Shown piece after piece: positions 57,422 to 64,000 of a DNA stretch of 64,000 nt. Source of the DNA: Flectonema sp. DT1601 (lineage: Eukaryota). Each line of letters starts with the position of its first letter. Position 1 is the first letter of the stretch. The DNA is taken from NCBI GenBank assembly GCA_964019425.1, contig OZ025785.1, forward strand, positions 496,001-560,000, in the 5' to 3' direction. A program made the position numbers and the translations under genes. The notes beneath the pieces are model-generated. The model was not told the DNA's origin, made no database searches, and worked only from the letters and a program-made list of their open reading frames with translations.

Positions 57422-60379
57422 ATGTTGGTATATATCATAACTACAGCTGCAATGGCTATTGTAGACGTTGGAATATTATGGGGAGAGGCTGAGCAACCAG
57501 GGATGACAACTGCTGTTCGACAAGCTGTTGTTGATTTCAAGAATGCGGAAAGCCCGCCGTGGGATGTGAATTTACGTTTTGCCGATCCCTCAACAGGAGG
57601 AATACGTCAACAGGAGCTATTAAAATGGACATGTGAATCAATAACCTCAGGTAACGGTATTCATGGGTTTATAGGTCCTAGAGGAAGTACTGAAGCCTAT
57701 CACCACAGTTGGATTTGGGAAGAACATGGCATTCCGACCATATCACCGAGTGCTACGTCCCCATCTCTGGAAAATCAAAAATTCTTCTCCAGAACAGTTC
57801 CAAACGATGTTTATCAAGCTCGTTCACTTATATCAATTGCAACCAAGTTAGGATGGGATACTGCAGTTATTCTCTATGAAGACAGTACTTATGGAACTGA
57901 TTTGATGCTTCAGTTGCTCTCATCTGGAAGTTCTATGGGGATGTTATCTTTTCCTTTGTATGAAAACAAGACTTCAATGTCTCAGTTACTATACACATTA
58001 GAAGAATCAGTTTATCATCAGGTTGTTATTGTCGTAGCACAGGCTAGTTTGACAATTCAATTTTTAACATTAGCAGCGGAGAGACAGGTTTTTAATTCTG
58101 GTAGACTGTGGATAGCATCTGAGTCATTGGTATCAACCGACGCTAATTACAGTCAGTTACAACCACTAAAGGGACTTTTATCTGTTCAACCGATATCACT
58201 GTCTCCTTATGAAGGTCCTCTCTTTGACAGAACTTCATATGCAGCAATGTATTCGATGTTAATGGGACTCTACAACACATCACAAATCCTGGGAATTGCC
58301 TTAGATGGAAGTAACAGATACACGTCAGCTAATGGCTGTTGGAAAGTTTCAAGTTCTGGTCAGTACAGACTTGGTCAGACATTGATGGATTTAGTTCAAA
58401 ATTCAATCAAAGAAACTGAGGTTTTGGGATATGAAATAACGAATCTTCAGCAGAATCGAGATAGCAGTAAATGGTCGACGGTTGGGAATTGGTTGCCGAA
58501 CAGTGGAATCTCACTTGATCTGTTGCGAATTCAATGGCCGAGAGGAGTACGACCACTCCCTCAAGACATCCTAAGTGGTAGACAATTAAGTATAATATTC
58601 CCATGTAATGAAGAAGGTTTATCATTCGGAACAGAGTACGCAAACAGCGGTGGTGCCTACGGAAAAGGAGTCCTGTGGGACATCGTTGAAGAACTCCGTG
58701 TTCTCCTTGGATTTCAATACACCGTTAATATAAGCTGTTACAATTGTAATCATGAGAATTGTGTTTCAGGAAATACTTTACAGCAGATTGGTAAGGGTGA
58801 ATTTAATTTATTCGCAAGTGCTCTTGGAGTCATCCCAAGTAGAGAGGAATACTTGGATTTCCCGATCCCATGGACGGTTGATACAAAAAGACTTTTAATA
58901 AAAACACCAAAACTCGACACTGTCGGTATTTGGAGATTCTTATCTCCTATGCAACCGGAGGTTTACTTTGCTACTTTTGGTGTTGTTGTTGTCAGTGCTG
59001 TTGGTCTTTGGTTGACTGACTTTCATGTAGATCCTCTACTACCAAGAAACTTATACAGTTCTTTTGCAGAACAAGCGTATCTCGCATACACGACTCTCTT
59101 TGGAGTTCCTGTAGCGTTTCCTTATTCTCAATCAGGAAGAGTATTAATGGCTGGGTTGATTGTTTATTCTGTATTGTTCTTAGCAACCTACACTGCTGAG
59201 ATGACGACGTTTCTAACACAAAGAATTCCAGAATATCCCTTGGATGGGTTTACAGATTTCATTTCAGGAGATGTTGAGATTCGTCAACTAGGTGTTGAAA
59301 AAGATTCAGCGACTGATCACCTGCTTCAAAACTTAGGTTACTCTGGCTACAGCTATGTTGATATCTATACTGACGGTTACATTAAGGTTAAAAGTGGATC
59401 TCTCATTGCCTACCTAGACAGTACTTTATACAGCCCCTACAGCAAAGAGTTAACCAGTGAATGTTCTTTGCAGTTTAGAGGCCCAGAAATTCAGTCGTTG
59501 CAATTATTTAAAGCATTTGCGCTTCCTAAAAACAGTCCTTATACGACAACGATAAATGATGCGTTTACGACTCTGTTGGATACAAGGAAAATAAATGAAA
59601 TTAAGGATCGGTATGTTCTACCTTCATGTTCAACTGCGAGAGAGTCGCATAATCAGATGACTTTGGAGGCTATGTTGGGTCCGATTTATATTTTTGTTGC
59701 GGCGTTGTCGTTGGCACTCGTTCTAAGGTTTTATGTGACGGTCAGGAGAAGAGTTGTATCGTGTCGAGAATCTGTCTGTGAGATGCAAGATAAAATTGAA
59801 GCTCACTTACGAACTCTTTCCAGCGGTAGTTTGGAACAGATTGCCGATATTGTCGTCCCAAACGCAAATGCGCATTTCGGCTACGAACGACGAATCGAAG
59901 TCACAAGTCGAATTCTAAGCGACGTATTTGGTGGTCGGTCAGACCTACCAGCAGCTTCATGTGTTGAAGTAGCTCAGTCGATGAATCTAAAAGACATCGA
60001 TTCTATAAATGAGAAGTCAGAGTTTATTGAAAGAATTCAAAACTGGTTGTGTGAAAAAGAAGAAGATTTGGAAGAACAAAACAAAGTATTCGACATACCC
60101 GTGGTAACAATACCGAATAGGTCTCTCAGTTTGACTGGTAAATTCAGTAAAGGTGACAGCACGCATAGAACTCGTCAATCTCTTAATTCAACTCATCGAT
60201 CACTAAATACAACAAGAAGAAGATACTCAGCTGGAACACCTGGAAGGCACACTCCTAGAATAGGAACACCTGGAAGGCACACACCAAGAATAGGAACTCC
60301 GGGGCGACACACTCCAAGAATTGCAACCCCAAGGCTTTCACTCAATACCGTACAACATAATTGCCCTGATCAAGTTTAG
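57422..60379 (+). CDS. Ionotropic glutamate receptor-like (GLR) channel
   Basis: LIVBP domain (FIGPRGS, ISPSATSPSL, FFSRTVPND), S1 SREEYLDF, FLSP, M3 ATYTAEMTTFLT, S2 FALPKNSPY, M4. Tail repeat GTPGRHTPRI. Confidence 0.92.
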   Translation: MLVYIITTAAMAIVDVGILWGEAEQPGMTTAVRQAVVDFKNAESPPWDVNLRFADPSTGGIRQQELLKWTCESITSGNGIHGFIGPRGSTEAYHHSWIWEEHGIPTISPSATSPSLENQKFFSRTVPNDVYQARSLISIATKLGWDTAVILYEDSTYGTDLMLQLLSSGSSMGMLSFPLYENKTSMSQLLYTLEESVYHQVVIVVAQASLTIQFLTLAAERQVFNSGRLWIASESLVSTDANYSQLQPLKGLLSVQPISLSPYEGPLFDRTSYAAMYSMLMGLYNTSQILGIALDGSNRYTSANGCWKVSSSGQYRLGQTLMDLVQNSIKETEVLGYEITNLQQNRDSSKWSTVGNWLPNSGISLDLLRIQWPRGVRPLPQDILSGRQLSIIFPCNEEGLSFGTEYANSGGAYGKGVLWDIVEELRVLLGFQYTVNISCYNCNHENCVSGNTLQQIGKGEFNLFASALGVIPSREEYLDFPIPWTVDTKRLLIKTPKLDTVGIWRFLSPMQPEVYFATFGVVVVSAVGLWLTDFHVDPLLPRNLYSSFAEQAYLAYTTLFGVPVAFPYSQSGRVLMAGLIVYSVLFLATYTAEMTTFLTQRIPEYPLDGFTDFISGDVEIRQLGVEKDSATDHLLQNLGYSGYSYVDIYTDGYIKVKSGSLIAYLDSTLYSPYSKELTSECSLQFRGPEIQSLQLFKAFALPKNSPYTTTINDAFTTLLDTRKINEIKDRYVLPSCSTARESHNQMTLEAMLGPIYIFVAALSLALVLRFYVTVRRRVVSCRESVCEMQDKIEAHLRTLSSGSLEQIADIVVPNANAHFGYERRIEVTSRILSDVFGGRSDLPAASCVEVAQSMNLKDIDSINEKSEFIERIQNWLCEKEEDLEEQNKVFDIPVVTIPNRSLSLTGKFSKGDSTHRTRQSLNSTHRSLNTTRRRYSAGTPGRHTPRIGTPGRHTPRIGTPGRHTPRIATPRLSLNTVQHNCPDQV

Positions 60380-61097
60380 TAGTGGTATACTTGTTTTTTT
60401 TTTTTTTTTTTTGTTCTTCTCTTGGGGGGTTTTCTTCCCCCCAAAGGGCGCAAACTCTACAAAAAGATTAGTAAAAAAGTTTTGTTACGTTTTAGCTCCT
60501 CTGATATATGTTTAGTTATGATATGGTTGTGGTGCCCATATTAAATATGGACTCTTTTTTTTTTTTTTTTTTTTTTGTTCTTTGCACCGAACCACCGAAC
60601 CAACCCCAATGTTGTTAAGTCTAACAAAAGAGCATGCCACGATGTAAATTCACGTACGCAATAATGACAGGTTGGTCAGCCCAAAATAAGCAGCTGTATT
60701 ATGGTTTTTTTTTTTGGTTATTTTTTTTATTTATTTTGGAATCAAAATATATTTTTACTCGGTAACGGCTGGAGTAGTTATTTTGAATAGAAGAAGGGTT
60801 CTTACTTTGATCACCTTAGGTGGTCAGCAACCAAAACAACGAGTCGCATCTTGCATGTTTACTCTTGACAGAATTTCTCTGCATGATTTATTGGCTTATG
60901 GTGTTGCGAGGTTTTTTTTAAATTTATTTTTTTTTATTCTTATTTCTTTTTTTAAAAAACAGGAAAAACTTTATGAAATGAATGTTTGTGTGATTTCTTT
61001 TTTTTTATATAAAAAAAAGAGAAGGCTATTCAAATAATCATAACTCAATCAACTGTATTATTTCTTACCTAGTATTATTAATCACAAAAGGAAACAA

Positions 61098-61286
61098 ATG
61101 CCTTCTTCGAACCCGCAAAGCTCATCAGCTTCACAGTCACCGAGAGGTTCCGAGACATCAGACTCATGTAACGATTGGATGATGGCAGAAGAGAGAGGAG
61201 GACCAGTCAGACAATCAGAAGAAGAAATTAAAGATCTTTACAAAAAGATTAAAGCCAATCATATTCATCTCCTCAATGAGACATAA
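61098..61286 (+). CDS. Possible small protein (62 aa)
   Basis: Coding-like composition on the gene strand, A-rich context before the ATG. No recognisable domain. Confidence 0.35.
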   Translation: MPSSNPQSSSASQSPRGSETSDSCNDWMMAEERGGPVRQSEEEIKDLYKKIKANHIHLLNET

Positions 61287-61474
61287 GATGAGCAGGGAGA
61301 GAGACATCAATTATTTTTATTTATGATGACTTCCTTTTCTTCACTATCCTTTTTTTTTTTTTTTTTTTTTTTTTCAAAAGGATAGTCGAAAGCATACCTA
61401 CCGTAGTCTTTACGGTTTTTTTTCTCTAAAAAAAAAAAAAAAAGCCATATTATTATTATTTATTTATTTATTTT

Positions 61475-61595
61475 TCTATCGACGAAATCGGAGAAGAAAC
61501 TATTCAGATTAAGAGCCTTTTATTTATTTATGTCAAATGGTTATCTGTTACTGTCTGCGATACAACGAAATATAAGGCTCGTCCGAATTGTTATC
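61475..61595 (+). repeat. Dispersed intergenic repeat family copy
   Basis: cgacgaaatcggagaagaaactattcagattaaga...aaatataaggct, similar to 4061-4175. Confidence 0.75.
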
Positions 61596-61930
61596 TTTTT
61601 AACTCTCTGGTTCCAACACAAAAAGTTTCCGAAATTACCAACTTTTGATGTTGTTGGTCGATGGATCGATCCTCACCCGGAGCAGTCGAAAATCCAAAAA
61701 TAAAGTGTGCATTGGTTTGATTTCGGGAGCTTTGCGTGTTGGAACTAACTAACGACTTTTTTGTAAAAAAAAAAAAAAAAACGTGTCAGCGGGTTACACT
61801 GCCTTTGCTAAATATCAAAAAAAAACATGCCTTGAGCACTATGGTTGCAATGCACGAAAAATATATTTTTTTTCCTCCTTAAAAAATTGAGTTCGTGATT
61901 TTTTCATTTTTTTCTTTTCACAGGTCGGCA

Positions 61931-64000
61931 ATGAAAACCTTGTCAATACTACTTCTACTGCTGACCCATTCAGTGCTAAGCAAAGATATCCTCGTACTCG
62001 TTGATGTCAGTTGGTACACAGGAATTTTAGAAACGTGGTTGAACTTACAATGGATCAATCCCGATGGCTTCAGTAAAGACAGATTGATGTTCATTCAGAT
62101 AGGGTATTTCCAATCGACGGTGACAAGTCTCCCAAACAGATCCTGGGTCAACTTCAATAGTGACATAGTTCTACAGGTTCACCTTTCAGAAAAGGATGTA
62201 CCAGTAAAGTCAACAGTAGTATTTAATCAAATTTCGAAAAACAGGACTCTCCTACCCGACAATATTTTAGTATTATCGAGCAGTCTGTTGTCAATCGACA
62301 AATTCCCTGAAATAATTCCGATGGATTCGTTTTTTGTAGTTCAAAAAAATTCTTTATTCAACCAAACTGCTCAAAAAATTGGTCCAGCGAGAACTCTATT
62401 CAGCCTACCATCTCCAACACTGTTTGACACAAGAGATGTGTCTATTTCAGATTGTAGCCACCCATTAGCCAGACCCTATTGCCTTAATGGTACAATATCT
62501 CATTGTGTTACTTCTACCATTGATAATTGTATTGGAGTTAACTGTGCTCTAAGCAATGGTGAGTGTATTAATAACCTTCCTCCTTGTTGGTATCCAACTG
62601 CGGAATCGTGTCTATCGCAGTCTGAAAAATGTCTTTGGAATAGAGATGATTCGCGTTGTGAAATCTTACAAACACCTAAACCTACCTTACCTCGCGTAGC
62701 CACTTGGTCGTATGATTTAGTGAAGAGAGATGTTGAATGTCGTAGTGAAGATGAGAACATCGCCAAAAACAGAGTTAATCTTTACGCATGTGCTGATGCT
62801 TGCTCTAATACTCCTGGCTGTGTTTTTTTTATTTTCGGAAAACAAGGAGCATCTGGAACAAAAACAGGCAATTGCTTTTGGGAAAAAACCGCTACTCGAT
62901 ACTGCACAGAAGGCTTCGCTGTCGACAGCTACGATTTTTATGAATTGGATTTCAACATAAGGGAAGAACTCATTCAAACAAGCATAACCTCAGTCGTTAT
63001 GGTTATTGTTTGCGCTGTCGTATGTGTTATTGCATATTATATTCAAGGGTATTTTCGAGTGTTTCCATTGCGAAACTACATTGACGGCCTTCACGTATCA
63101 CTGATAAATTTCAGACTGTCGGGAGAATACGTTCTTGAAGGCAGATCTGGAAACCGCCTTATTGGAACATACAAGGGAGTAGATTATGTCTTCAAGCAAG
63201 CCAATGAACAAGACGCCGAAAGAAAGGAATTGTTTAATGAAATGGAAATGCTTCAAAGATTTAAAAATGAGAGTGTAGTTGAATTCTACGGATGGATGAG
63301 GCACTCAGGTCCTGTGTGGACGATGTTAACCGTGAACTATGGTCCTACTCTACACGAGTACCTAACTCTAAGCCCAAACCGTTCAGAAGAGATTAAAGAA
63401 CAAGTAATTTGTGAGCTTCTTTCCATTGCAACTTTTGTTCATGAGACTCTCCATCAGCAGTGCATGGCTCATATGAATTTAACTTCTGAATCAGTCATAG
63501 TCGGATCTGATAGAACCGAACGAATAAAACTTCGTCTCGGTGGATTTCAATGCTGTACTAAAACTCTCCTTCATCCGAGAAGGACTCGAGCAGACAACAT
63601 TCGCAGGAAGAATTTAAATATAAAATGGTGTTGTTTAGACACCCTTAACGAAGGACCAAGTGTTCCTGGCAATACGTATAATGATATTTGGTCATTTGGT
63701 TGTTTATTGTGTGAAGTTTGGACAGGAAAGGCTCCATTCCGACATGTGTCGGTAGATGACGGGGGAGAGTTTCAAGACATTCACTCGAAACTAACAAATA
63801 TAGTATGTTATTGTTTTTTTATGTTTCTGCAAAGAGGGATGGCGACTATGAGCCGACAGGAAGTCCTTCCTCCTTGACATTAAAAGATCAAAGCCATTCA
63901 CAAATAACAAAAAACAGCTATCCCAAGACAAACGTGACCCTGCACAGATGACAAATAATGAACTGAGTGAAGCCCTAAACAGTGCTGTCTTTGTTGCGAT
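61931..64000 (+). CDS. Receptor-like pseudokinase (signal peptide, Cys-rich and PAN/apple-like ectodomain, TM, kinase-like domain); runs off the window end; intron 63803-63917
   Basis: Signal MKTLSILLLLL; CADACSNTPGCVFFIF PAN-like; TM VVMVIVCAVVCVIAYYI; kinase-like VFKQ, NEMEML, NDIWSFGCLLCEVWTGKAPF. Frame stays open after the 63917 acceptor. Confidence 0.82.

Overview
AT-rich eukaryotic (protist) genomic DNA. Every credible host gene across the 64 kb lies on the + strand, with short GT..CAG introns. That layout suggests a euglenozoan, possibly diplomenid-like, genome with polycistronic transcription; this is inference. Housekeeping and signalling genes include a sirtuin-like protein, a mitochondrial carrier, a UBL-lectin-CaaX protein, a GNAT, an APE-like protein, a TRPV-like channel, a coiled-coil protein, AMPK-beta, a DsbA/HCCA-isomerase-like protein, YME1, archease, a SAM-Rab fusion, a glutamate-receptor-like channel and a receptor pseudokinase. 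Interleaved with them at about 5-40 kb is a fast-evolving family of five BspA-type LRR genes with a near-constant N-terminus and hypervariable, modular 150-bp repeats. Around these genes are chains of templated fragments copied from neighbouring genes, an LSU rRNA fragment and a precise inversion. The most striking feature is at 21165-21982. A 20-bp LRR-repeat motif has received two different insertions, giving three exact target copies. One insertion is a 697-bp non-coding element that starts exactly with a complete HDV-like ribozyme. The inversion also breaks at this motif. A decayed MULE transposon and dispersed intergenic repeats are present too. No autonomous reverse transcriptase or endonuclease gene is visible in the window.
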